From Candidatus Nealsonbacteria bacterium (GTDB lineage: Bacteria; Patescibacteriota; Minisyncoccia; Minisyncoccales; PWPS01): a DNA stretch of 33,622 nucleotides. This document shows positions 1-8,390 of the stretch, in pieces. The DNA lies in the NCBI GenBank assembly GCA_003559635.1, contig PWKU01000034.1, positions 1-33,622 of the forward strand, given 5' to 3'. Every line of letters begins with the position of its first letter. Positions within the stretch are counted from its first letter, which is position 1. The notes beneath the pieces were generated by a model that worked only from the letters and a program-made list of their open reading frames with translations, did no database searches and was not told the DNA's origin. A program made the position numbers and the translations under genes.

Positions 1-92
1 GACGAAGAAGACGATCCGGAGCCTGACCCTGATCCTGACGAAGAAGACGATCCGGAGCCTGACCCTGATCCTGACGAAGAAGACGATCCGGA
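1..92 (+). repeat. 36-bp perfect coding tandem repeat (2 full units plus a partial one, may extend upstream)
   Basis: GACGAAGAAGACGATCCGGAGCCTGACCCTGATCCT at 1-36 and 37-72; first 20 nt again at 73-92. Confidence 0.97.
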
Positions 93-678
93 TGAGGATA
101 CAGACCATATTCCGACAGAAGGTTCTCCCTGTGGTGGTCAAGAATCATATATTGATATCAGAAACAACGAAAGATATAATCTTGTGGAAATCGGCTCTCT
201 TTGCTGGTTTGCGGAAAGCTTAAACTACGAAACTTCTAACAGTTGGTGTTACGAAAATAGTGATGCAAATTGCAGTGCTTTCGGAAGACTTTATACATTT
301 GAGGCTGCAAAAAGTGCTTGCCCTTCGGGATGGAAGTTGCCTGACGATGATGACTTTAAAGAGGTAGAACAAGTCGCGGGAATGAGTGTAGGAGATAGGG
401 GAAGAAGTGGCTGGAGAGGAGTGAGAGAGGGAGATAAAATAAAGTCGCAATCAGACTGGGACGGAAATAACGAGATTGGCTTTTCAGCTCTTCCCGCGGG
501 AGGAAGAGAGGCGGACGGAGAGTTTACGGGAATCAATAAAGGAGTTAGCTTTTGGACAACTACGGATTCCGGTGCGGCGGCGTGGACAAGACACCTTTAT
601 TCCGGATTTTCCGGGATAAATCGCACCTTGCTTCCAAAGGGAAGCGGAATTTCCGTAAGGTGTATTAAAGATTATTAA
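1..678 (+). CDS. FISUMP (Fibrobacter succinogenes major paralogous) domain surface protein, 5'-partial
   Basis: Frame 1 is open from base 1 (DEEDDPEPDPDP repeats). It continues into YNLVEIGSLCWFAESLNY..CY..NC..FGRLYTF..ACPSGWKLP..GFSALPAGGR..SVRCIKD, the FISUMP pattern. The GTG at 184 is internal. Confidence 0.88.
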   Translation, partial: DEEDDPEPDPDPDEEDDPEPDPDPDEEDDPDEDTDHIPTEGSPCGGQESYIDIRNNERYNLVEIGSLCWFAESLNYETSNSWCYENSDANCSAFGRLYTFEAAKSACPSGWKLPDDDDFKEVEQVAGMSVGDRGRSGWRGVREGDKIKSQSDWDGNNEIGFSALPAGGREADGEFTGINKGVSFWTTTDSGAAAWTRHLYSGFSGINRTLLPKGSGISVRCIKDY

Positions 679-718
679 AAAAAGAAGGTCGGAAAATATA
701 AAAATAAAAAACAAAAAA

Positions 719-1939
719 ATGTTTAAAAAACTATTTACAGGAGCGATTATGTCTGTTCTTTTCTTTCTTGTAGCCGTCCCCTCCGTCGACGGAATGACGG
801 AGACGGAAATCAGGGGAGAACTAAACGATATAAAAGAGAGACTGGAAGTACTTCTTGAAGATGTTAAGTATTTTGTCGAAGAAGGGTATGTCAAGGCTAC
901 TTTTCCGAGAATTCCTGATGGTTTTCGTTTCAAGACTCACATGAGGTTTAGAGATTATCTGATTGATGTGAAGTATATGCAGATTATTCTAAATGCTTCT
1001 CCCGATACGAGGCTTATTGAGCAAGGCGTCGGTTCTCCGGGGAATGAAGTGAAAAGATTTGGAAATCTGACCAAAAACGCCCTAGAGAAGTTCCAACAAA
1101 AATATGCTACAGAGATTTTGTACCCGTGGGGGATTACTCAACCAACGGGAATCGCGGAGATACAAACTCTTAAAAAATTAAATAAGATACTGGATGGAGA
1201 GGTTGTTATAAAAATAATGGATCCGGAAAGAAGGGCGGAAATTAGAGAAGAAGTTTTGGAAATTGCAAGGAGACTTAGAGAGCTGCGTAAAAAAATAGAC
1301 GAACTGGATGATCAAGAAGAAGAAGTGCCCAGTGATGCGCCGACAAATTTGCGAGCTGCCATCGTTGGTTACGGAGAAGTAAGATTAACATGGAGAGGAG
1401 ACAGAGATGCGGAGTATTTTGTGGGATATAAGGCGACAAGATCCGGAGGTCCTTATGTCGAAGTAGGAGTAACCGAAAATACTTACGGAATGGTCACCGG
1501 GTTGGAGTACGGAAGAAGATACTATTTCACCGTTACTCAAGTTATAGATGGTAAAGAAAGTGGCCACAGCAGGGAAGTAAGCTTGACTATGGATGTGGAA
1601 CCAACACCGTTTAATATAAGCGCCGAGGCCACTGATGTTGGAGAATTGACACTGGAATGGGAAAGCGATCAACCAAATGTGGAGAAGTTCAGCATTTACA
1701 GAGCGATAGATCCTGAAGGTCCGTACACTCTAAGAGGAACGAATACCAGAGAAGTTTTCAGAGACACAGGATTGAGTTTGTACACCATTTATTATTATAC
1801 CATTACTCAGACGATAGACGGAGAGGAAAGCAATCTCAGTAGTGAGTATGTTGACAGCTGGTTTTATAACTGGCGAGGAGGCACTCAACCTCATCCGCAA
1901 AAAGAAAAAATATTGGAAGATCTTGATTACACGTATTAA
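719..1939 (+). CDS. Secreted protein: coiled coil, peptidoglycan-binding-like domain, two fibronectin type III domains
   Basis: N-terminal signal peptide. LNASPDTR..GVGSPGNE..FG..T..A..FQQKY..TG..T..KLN PG-binding-like segment. Two FN3 repeats (APTNL..V.LTW..Y..L..G..YYFTV). Confidence 0.8.
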   Translation: MFKKLFTGAIMSVLFFLVAVPSVDGMTETEIRGELNDIKERLEVLLEDVKYFVEEGYVKATFPRIPDGFRFKTHMRFRDYLIDVKYMQIILNASPDTRLIEQGVGSPGNEVKRFGNLTKNALEKFQQKYATEILYPWGITQPTGIAEIQTLKKLNKILDGEVVIKIMDPERRAEIREEVLEIARRLRELRKKIDELDDQEEEVPSDAPTNLRAAIVGYGEVRLTWRGDRDAEYFVGYKATRSGGPYVEVGVTENTYGMVTGLEYGRRYYFTVTQVIDGKESGHSREVSLTMDVEPTPFNISAEATDVGELTLEWESDQPNVEKFSIYRAIDPEGPYTLRGTNTREVFRDTGLSLYTIYYYTITQTIDGEESNLSSEYVDSWFYNWRGGTQPHPQKEKILEDLDYTY

Positions 1940-1946
1940 ATAGCCT

Positions 1947-2579
1947 ATGAAAAAAAACAAAAAAACAATACACACAATACGGCTGGTAATTGTTATTCTA
2001 ATGGCAGTTGCCATTGCATTCTCCGCCCTTGCTCCGGTTTTTGGAACAGATAATGGGAAGGAAGAAGAGAGAAGTGAGATAAGAGAAGAGATATCCCTCA
2101 TTAGAGAAGAGATAGAAGACATACTGGAGGAGCTTACGAAACCGTTGCAGGAAGTAACAAAAGTAGTTCCTGTTAGCGGGGTTCCCGCCGGTGTTAGTTT
2201 TGATTATGACTTGAGAGAGAGGGCGACGGGAAAAATTGTAAGGCATTTACAAACAGTACTTAATACCGATCCGGAAACAAGAATCGCACAAACCGGAGTC
2301 GGTTCTCCGGGAAGAGAAACAAATTATTTCGGGAAGGGAACAAGAAGTGCGTTGGTAAAATTTCAGAGAAAGCACGGAATTTCCGCAACGGGTTTTTTGG
2401 GATCACAAACAAGAGCAAAATTGAATGAAATACTAAGAGACGGAGTGGTGGTCAAAGAAGTTAAAAAAAGAGATACGGAAGGAATCCGTAACAGATTTAC
2501 GGAAGTATCCCGAAAAGCCAGACAGATAAGGGAAAGAATCAACGCTCTTGATGAAAACGGAGAGGAAGAAAACGACTAA
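1947..2579 (+). CDS. Secreted peptidoglycan-binding-like domain protein (paralog of 719..1939 N-half)
   Basis: Signal/TM segment, coiled coil, VRHLQ..LNTDPETRIA..GVGSPGRET.YFG..T..A..FQ..HGI..TG..G..TR.KLN. Confidence 0.82.
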   Translation: MKKNKKTIHTIRLVIVILMAVAIAFSALAPVFGTDNGKEEERSEIREEISLIREEIEDILEELTKPLQEVTKVVPVSGVPAGVSFDYDLRERATGKIVRHLQTVLNTDPETRIAQTGVGSPGRETNYFGKGTRSALVKFQRKHGISATGFLGSQTRAKLNEILRDGVVVKEVKKRDTEGIRNRFTEVSRKARQIRERINALDENGEEEND

Positions 2580-2594
2580 TTGCAATATAGACTC

Positions 2595-4853
2595 TTATTC
2601 TGGGAGGGACTCTAGAAAGTCGTCTGCGGCCGGCGCCGATTCCGGCCGGAGTTTTATAGATTTTAAGGTATGCTCTCTTGCCTTCTCATAATCTCCAATT
2701 CTCTTATAAGCGACTGCTATAGAGGCATGATGCTGGGCTTCTTCGGGCTCTTCTTCAAGCAACATTAAGTAAAAAGGAATCAGAGATTCATAGTTTTTGG
2801 TGTAGATAGGATAGGTCATGATATTGTTTAACCCATGAACGATGTCGTACTCTTTTTCGCGGGCTTTTGCAAAATAAGGTTCTTTTTCTTCTCCAATCAT
2901 TGATAAGGCGACTCCTTTTAAGAAAAAACATGCACCTTCGTCTTTTAAAGCAAGGCACCTCTTCGCGCTGTTTAAGGCATTTTGGAAGTCTTCTTTCTTG
3001 ATCAAAGAAAAGGCAAGTCTTTTATATGAGGGAAAGCGGTTCGGGCTTATTTCTATTTCTTTGGAAAAAGCTTTTATCGAAATATCCAGAAGCTCTTCTT
3101 TGTTATCTTTGTAAGGGATAAGATTTATGGCGTCAATGCCCAAGTTTGACCAAATTCTCACATAAGTAGGCCTCTTTTTTATGGCTTCTTTTGTTGATAG
3201 AAATATTTTTTCTCTTGCTTCTCCTCTAGCTATTCCCGCGGTATCCTCGGTTTCCATACATCCTTCAATAATTGAACTCTTTTCGATTAGAAGGTAAGAG
3301 GTTATTGGGTTTTCTTCTTCTCCTGCTTTTTGTGCAAAGGCCAAAGCGCTATCGCAATTTCCCCCTTTCTGATGAGCCTCTGCAATATTGATATTTCTAT
3401 TAGCCCCAAGAAGCTTTAAATTATAATTAGAAATAAAAAAGATGAGGAGAGGAATAGAAATAACTAGAAAGGGGTATTTATATTTGGAAAGTTTTTCTCT
3501 TTTACTTAATTCATCGGCAATGCTTGTCTCTTTTTCTTTTATGCAAAGAGTAAATATGTAGCCGATAATGGCCGCAAAAAGGAGATAAATCGCAAAATCG
3601 TCAACCGTAAAAAAGTTAGCGACAAAAAAAGTTATAAGGGTTGCTTGCATGGCATGATTTTCCAGTGCATTCTCTGCCGTTTTTTTTCTTAGCGCCAAAA
3701 AGAGGGAGATAAAAATCAACAAAAGGGATATAAGCGCGGGAAATCCTCCCCACGTGCCGATTTCTATAGGAAGATTATGTGCTTTGTCCCACCACGGAAT
3801 ATCTCTGTCAATAAACGGAGTATCCGGATGGTAGTTTCTGTCAAAGGCATAAGAGAAGTTTTCCGCGCCGTAGCCGGTTAAAGGCTTCTCCATTATCGCG
3901 TTCCAGCCAATAATAAAACCGCCGATTCTTGGATCTTCGAGCGCTCTTTGCACCTCCATCCTTCCGGCTAATCCGTGGAGAAAATCGTTGTTTTCTACAA
4001 AGGAAGGGAGGGGGGCGGTGTTTACGTAATATAATCCGAGAGAAGAGACCAAGAAGAACGACAGGAAACCGACTTTCAGGAATCTGAAAACTTTTTCTTT
4101 TCTGGGCAAGAAGAGCATAAAATAAACCGCTCCGACGATGATGCCCAAAATAGCGGCTCTGGTATATGTGAGGAGAACTCCGAAAATAATGATAAAAAGC
4201 GAAGCGGAATAAAATATTCTTTTTGTTTTGTCCTTCTCTTTTAGAAGAAAGGCAGTGAGCGGAAAAACTAAGATAGAGAGATAAGTACCAAAAATTGTGG
4301 GGTTTCCAAAAGATGCGTAAGGTCGCCGTGTCTGAGCGACAATTAAACCATCAAAAAGCTCTTGCCACTGGAGAAAGGCGATAAAAGTTGCCACAACTCC
4401 TGTGAAAAAAATAATATTCCATACGGTTTTCCAGTTCTCTTTGTTCAAGACAAAAAAGAGGAAGTAAGAGAAAAGAATCAACAAGAAAAAATTTAAAAAT
4501 CCTCCTCCCCGAGATGGGTCTCCGAAAATGCTAAAATTAAGGTCCACCGAAAAGAAAAGAGAGATTGTAAGAAAAGAAAGCAGTACGAGCGGAATATAAA
4601 AAAAGGGCTTCTTTTCCGCTCTTATTTTTTTTATGGTTTTGCGGAAAACAGAGGCGTTCTTTTTGAAAAAAACATCATAGGCCAGAAGGAGAAGAAGAGA
4701 GCTGAAAATAATACGGAAGAAAAGTGCCTTTGGAAAAGCGGAAGGGGAGAATAAGGGAGGAAAGTTAAAAAGCACGAGTATAAAGATAGAAGCAATTGCT
4801 CCCATGTAAATAAACGGCAGGTTATCTTTAATTTTAGACAAATTTTTACCCAT
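2595..4853 (-). CDS. O-antigen ligase / O-oligosaccharyltransferase (Wzy_C)-family membrane protein with C-terminal TPRs
   Basis: About 12 TM helices; RPYASFGNP, LTYTRAA, PLTGYG..NF and DKAHN motifs; helical TPR-like C-terminus. Confidence 0.85.
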   Translation of the reverse strand: MGKNLSKIKDNLPFIYMGAIASIFILVLFNFPPLFSPSAFPKALFFRIIFSSLLLLLAYDVFFKKNASVFRKTIKKIRAEKKPFFYIPLVLLSFLTISLFFSVDLNFSIFGDPSRGGGFLNFFLLILFSYFLFFVLNKENWKTVWNIIFFTGVVATFIAFLQWQELFDGLIVAQTRRPYASFGNPTIFGTYLSILVFPLTAFLLKEKDKTKRIFYSASLFIIIFGVLLTYTRAAILGIIVGAVYFMLFLPRKEKVFRFLKVGFLSFFLVSSLGLYYVNTAPLPSFVENNDFLHGLAGRMEVQRALEDPRIGGFIIGWNAIMEKPLTGYGAENFSYAFDRNYHPDTPFIDRDIPWWDKAHNLPIEIGTWGGFPALISLLLIFISLFLALRKKTAENALENHAMQATLITFFVANFFTVDDFAIYLLFAAIIGYIFTLCIKEKETSIADELSKREKLSKYKYPFLVISIPLLIFFISNYNLKLLGANRNINIAEAHQKGGNCDSALAFAQKAGEEENPITSYLLIEKSSIIEGCMETEDTAGIARGEAREKIFLSTKEAIKKRPTYVRIWSNLGIDAINLIPYKDNKEELLDISIKAFSKEIEISPNRFPSYKRLAFSLIKKEDFQNALNSAKRCLALKDEGACFFLKGVALSMIGEEKEPYFAKAREKEYDIVHGLNNIMTYPIYTKNYESLIPFYLMLLEEEPEEAQHHASIAVAYKRIGDYEKAREHTLKSIKLRPESAPAADDFLESLPE

Positions 4854-4944
4854 TTGGGGGAAATTATAGAACTTATTTCAATTTTTAACAAGCTCAGACT
4901 TGTCCAATACAAAAGGAAGCTGAAATGATACCGTTTTCTAATGC

Positions 4945-4970
4945 AAAAGGAGGCTGAAACAGCCTCTTTT
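4945..4970. terminator. Bidirectional intrinsic-terminator-like hairpin
   Basis: AAAAGG-AGGCTG-AAA-CAGCCT-CTTTT. Confidence 0.55.
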
Positions 4971-4976
4971 ATCTCT

Positions 4977-5024
4977 GGATTCCCGATCAAGTCGGGAATG
5001 ACAAAAAGAGGATGAGGGAATGAC
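4977..5024. repeat. REP/dRS3-like palindrome GGATTCCCGATCAAGTCGGGAATGAC plus a second partial GGGAATGACA
   Basis: ATTCCCGA-TCAAG-TCGGGAAT hairpin at 4979-4999. It resembles the widespread ATTCCC-Nn-GGGAAT(GAC) dispersed repeats. Confidence 0.7.
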
Positions 5025-5171
5025 AAATGATGAGTGTCACAACTTTCATTTCAGCCCCATATGTTGATTAGAAAATACTGTTCGGCCCGGAAATTAAACT
5101 AGCGTTGTTTGCACTTTACCACCTATTCTATTTTGGCGACAGGTATGCTCGAAGTACCTATCCTTATTTTT

Positions 5172-5222
5172 TTGCAGGGTCTGACCCTGCAATGCTTTTT
5201 GGTGTGTTTTAGGGAGTTATTT
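5172..5222 (-). repeat. REP-like palindrome copy 1 (core TTGCAGGGTCAGACCCTGCAA with A/C-rich flank)
   Basis: Core at 5172-5192 is the reverse complement of the copies at 15702 and 33591; the flank also resembles that of copy 3. Confidence 0.9.
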
Positions 5223-5248
5223 TACAAATATTTATAAATGGATATTAT
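5221..5248 (+). promoter_or_regulatory. Putative sigma70 promoter for the 5300 ORF
   Basis: TTTACA-16 nt-TATTAT. Confidence 0.45.
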
Positions 5249-5299
5249 TAATAAGGAGCTATTATCAAAGGAAGATAAATTCTACGAAGGAGGGAGAAG

Positions 5300-5761
5300 A
5301 TGATACAACACTATATTGAGTTGTATAAGAAATTGCCGTTCTTTGACAAAAAGCCCATTTTTTTTCAAGAGTCTTTTTGTGTAGTGTTTGGAAGTAGAAT
5401 AAGAGACGAAAAGGATGTTTTTCTTTTCACAGAAAATCTTCATGACTTAATGTGGGATAAGGTAAGAAACGGAAGATATCTTCGGAAAAGGGATATATAT
5501 TCTCTGTGGGGCCATCGAGATATTGTGCTTTCTTCAAGCAAGAATAAGCATCACTGGCCTCCAAGTAGCAGAGATGAAAATGCCGAAACAATGAAAATTC
5601 CGAAAGATTTTCACCAAGCCTTGCATAATATTTTTATGAATCTGTATAAAAAGAAAGAGATGGAAAGATTTTGGAAAACTCTTTTTACGTGCGAGGAAAT
5701 TGATAGTGGTATTATTTTGTATGCCACCATTGACCAGATAAGAGACACAGCATACGCGTAA
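5300..5761 (+). CDS. Hypothetical protein with His-rich HNH-like motif
   Basis: Strong SD-like GAAGGAGGGAG before the ATG; KHHWPPSSR...DFHQALHNIF motif; own terminator. Confidence 0.65.
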   Translation: MIQHYIELYKKLPFFDKKPIFFQESFCVVFGSRIRDEKDVFLFTENLHDLMWDKVRNGRYLRKRDIYSLWGHRDIVLSSSKNKHHWPPSSRDENAETMKIPKDFHQALHNIFMNLYKKKEMERFWKTLFTCEEIDSGIILYATIDQIRDTAYA

Positions 5762-5788
5762 AGAGTACCGTTAGGGCAATGTATATAA

Positions 5789-5814
5789 GGCCGGCTTTTA
5801 GCCGGTTTTTTTTT
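5789..5814 (+). terminator. Rho-independent terminator
   Basis: GGCCGGCT-TTT-AGCCGGTT followed by a T run. Confidence 0.8.
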
Positions 5815-5856
5815 ATGGTAGACTGTAAAGGCATTAAAAAATATAAAAAACAAATT

Positions 5857-7023
5857 ATGAAAGAAAAAACAACCAAACCGATGAAAATAATGGTATCTTC
5901 TTTAACTTATCCGCTCCCAAACGGAGTTACCGCCTCGCTAAATACGGCCGTTGACGGGCTTTTGGAAAGAGGGAATAAAGTAATGATTGTCGCTCCGGAC
6001 TATAAAATGAAAAAGGCGAGGCCGGAACACAGGGTGGTGCCGTCTTCTCTCATTTTCCACACACTAGCGACTAACTTACTAGGGAAAGAAGAAAGGGTTT
6101 TCAGAGCCAATTCAAGAAATAAAATCAATAAACTTGCAGATGAGTTTGAACCCGATATTTACTGGCTTCATACCGTCACATGGGCGGCGAACGCTTTTGA
6201 AACACAGATGCTGAAATCGAAGAAAAAAAAGGTTCTTTTTTATCATACTCTCGTTGAAGAATATGGGAGGCTTTATGCCGGAGAGATGGGTGCTTTCGTG
6301 ATGAGAAGGAGAACAAAAGCTCTTTGCAATAAAGTAGATGCGATTATGACGCCGAGCAACATGATGAGGAAAAAGCTTATTGGATACGGGGTGAAGACGC
6401 CGATTAATATTATTCCCACGGGAATTGATGCGCCCAAAAAGTCTTTTACAAAAAAGGAACTCAAAGAAAGATTTAATATTCCTCAAAAATCAAAAGTTCT
6501 TCTTTATTTGGGAAGAATGTCAAAAGAAAAAAATCTGTTAGTTTTGCTGAAAATGATGGAGGATTTGAAGAGAAAGAAATTTGATGCCACACTTCTTTTT
6601 GTGGGGCCGGGTGATATTGATGAAGTAAAGAGAGATGCAAAAAGAATGGGGATTGATGATAAAGTTATCTGCACGGGGGCGCTAGACAGAGAAGAGGCAC
6701 AAAAAATCTACGGAGCATGTGATGTTTTCGTTTTTTCTTCGCAGTCGGAGACTCAGGGACTGGTTGTTGGAGAGGCGATGCTCGCAGAAACGCCTGTGGT
6801 GGCGCTTGTTTCTCCGATTCAAAAAGAAGTCTATCCAGAAGGAAAGGCGGTGGTTTTGAAAAAAGAAAAAGATTTTGCGGACGCGGTAATTGATATTTTG
6901 CAGAATAAAAAGAAAAGAGAAAAGATGGTCAAAGACGCTAAAAAGTTTGTTTTGGAAAACTTTTCCAAAAAAAGAATGATAGAAAGACAAATTAAGGTTT
7001 TCAGAGAAGTTCTTAAAAAATAA
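5857..7023 (+). CDS. Glycosyltransferase family 4 (GT-B; diacylglycerol glucosyltransferase-like)
   Basis: YPLPNGV, YHT, IPTGID, GRMSKEKN and SETQGLVVGEAM motifs. Start taken at ATG 5857 (or 5881) because ATG 5779 would run through the terminator. Confidence 0.9.
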   Translation: MKEKTTKPMKIMVSSLTYPLPNGVTASLNTAVDGLLERGNKVMIVAPDYKMKKARPEHRVVPSSLIFHTLATNLLGKEERVFRANSRNKINKLADEFEPDIYWLHTVTWAANAFETQMLKSKKKKVLFYHTLVEEYGRLYAGEMGAFVMRRRTKALCNKVDAIMTPSNMMRKKLIGYGVKTPINIIPTGIDAPKKSFTKKELKERFNIPQKSKVLLYLGRMSKEKNLLVLLKMMEDLKRKKFDATLLFVGPGDIDEVKRDAKRMGIDDKVICTGALDREEAQKIYGACDVFVFSSQSETQGLVVGEAMLAETPVVALVSPIQKEVYPEGKAVVLKKEKDFADAVIDILQNKKKREKMVKDAKKFVLENFSKKRMIERQIKVFREVLKK

Positions 7024-7034
7024 TCTCTAAAAAA

Positions 7035-7997
7035 ATGAAAGAAGATATTTATAACTTTCCTAAACAACTTATTTTTCGTCCCGAGATAAAGAACGGTGAT
7101 AAGTGGGGGAAATTTAAAAACTATGTTTTGGCGGGAATGGGTGGGTCGCACCTCGCGGGAGATATCTTAAAGACAATTTATGATGAAAATTATCTCCATA
7201 TTCACTCTGATTACGGTCTTCCTTCTTTTATGGCGGAAGATACAGGCCTGGTGGTAGCTTCTTACTCGGGAAATACGGAAGAAGTGTTGGATGTTTTTAA
7301 TAAAGCTGTTTTAAAAGGGATTCGCATGGTCGTTATTGCAAAAGGCGGGAAGCTTTTAAAACTTGCAAAAGAGAAAGGAATTCCCTACATACAACTTCCG
7401 GAAGAAAATATGCAACCGAGGCTGGCACTAGGGCACAGCTTTTTGGCTCTTTGCAAAGCCCTAGGCAGAGAAGATATCGAAAAAAACATGGAAAACTTGA
7501 AAGAGAAACTGGAAAACAAACAGAGCTTGTTAGAGGAACAAGGAAAGGCATTGGCTTCCCGGATAAAAAACAAAATACCGGTTACTTATTCTACACAGAG
7601 AAATTATATCACCGCCTCTATCTGGAAAATAAACTTTAATGAAACAACAAAGATACCCGCTTTTTGTAACTTTTTTCCCGAGCTAAACCACAATGAAATG
7701 ACCGGATTTGACGTAACACTCTCTACGAAAGAACTAAGTGGAAAAATGGTGTTTCTAATCTTGAAAGATAAAGAAGACTTTTCGAAGAATAGAAGAAGAG
7801 CGGAGGTTCTCAAAGACATTTTAAAGAAAAGAGACTTTGAGGTGCTGGAAATCGAAAATGAAAGCGAATCGAGAGAAGAATTTATTTTCTCCAGCATTCT
7901 TCTCTCCTCTTGGACATCTTATTACCTATCAAAGATATATCAAACAGACCCGGACGGCGTTCCGATGGTTGAAGAATTTAAAAAAATGATTGAATAA
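7035..7997 (+). CDS. Bifunctional phosphoglucose/phosphomannose isomerase (SIS domain)
   Basis: GMGGS, SYSGNTEE, QPR, NETTK and PELNHNE motifs. Confidence 0.9.
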   Translation: MKEDIYNFPKQLIFRPEIKNGDKWGKFKNYVLAGMGGSHLAGDILKTIYDENYLHIHSDYGLPSFMAEDTGLVVASYSGNTEEVLDVFNKAVLKGIRMVVIAKGGKLLKLAKEKGIPYIQLPEENMQPRLALGHSFLALCKALGREDIEKNMENLKEKLENKQSLLEEQGKALASRIKNKIPVTYSTQRNYITASIWKINFNETTKIPAFCNFFPELNHNEMTGFDVTLSTKELSGKMVFLILKDKEDFSKNRRRAEVLKDILKKRDFEVLEIENESESREEFIFSSILLSSWTSYYLSKIYQTDPDGVPMVEEFKKMIE

Positions 7998-8068
7998 GAT
8001 CACAAGGAAAAGAATTGAGTGGCAGGGAAGTGACCATGATTTAAAAATATAGTTTGACCACAAAGAGG

Positions 8069-8389
8069 ATGCATACTAAAGATTTGGAAAAGAAAAGGTT
8101 TCAAAAAAGAACAGAGGACTTTGTGTGCGGAAAGTGTGGCTGGGAGACCCGAGGAGACGGCTATACCGATCACTGTCCGAAGTGTCTCTGGTCGAGGCAT
8201 GTCGATATTAACCCCGGAGATAGAAGATCATCTTGCAAAGGGATGATGGAGCCCGTGGGAATAAGAAAAAAGGGGGAAAAGTATGTTATTCTTTACAGGT
8301 GTCTGATTTGCGGTATCAAGTACCGCGTTAAAAAAGCGGAAGAAGATGATTTTGAAGAGATTATTATGATCAGTAAAAAGAATTTTTAG
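8069..8389 (+). CDS. RNHCP-domain zinc-ribbon protein
   Basis: F.C..CG....G..YTDHCPKCLWSRHVD..PGDR...C.G.M.P...C..CG. Start uncertain (TTG 8054 or ATG 8069). Confidence 0.88.
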   Translation: MHTKDLEKKRFQKRTEDFVCGKCGWETRGDGYTDHCPKCLWSRHVDINPGDRRSSCKGMMEPVGIRKKGEKYVILYRCLICGIKYRVKKAEEDDFEEIIMISKKNF

Positions 8390-8390
8390 A

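Noticed and set aside
1-92. CRISPR array (36-bp repeat)
   Set aside because: Repeats are contiguous with no spacers, in frame within a CDS, and no cas genes are present.
4631-5026. 131-aa minus-strand ORF starting MSFPHPLFVIPDLIGNP
   Set aside because: Translation of the palindromic repeat, overlapping the ligase gene out of frame.
4900-5165. Permuted or partial tmRNA on the minus strand (ANNASL... frame followed by GGGGCTGAAATG)
   Set aside because: Order of parts is wrong for standard or known permuted forms, and no T-arm with TCCACCA was found.
5101-5782. Long-range pairing of the 5101 motif with 5758-5782, which would enclose the HNH-like ORF like an intron
   Set aside because: Pairing is short, dominated by G-U and needs a bulge; not distinguishable from chance.
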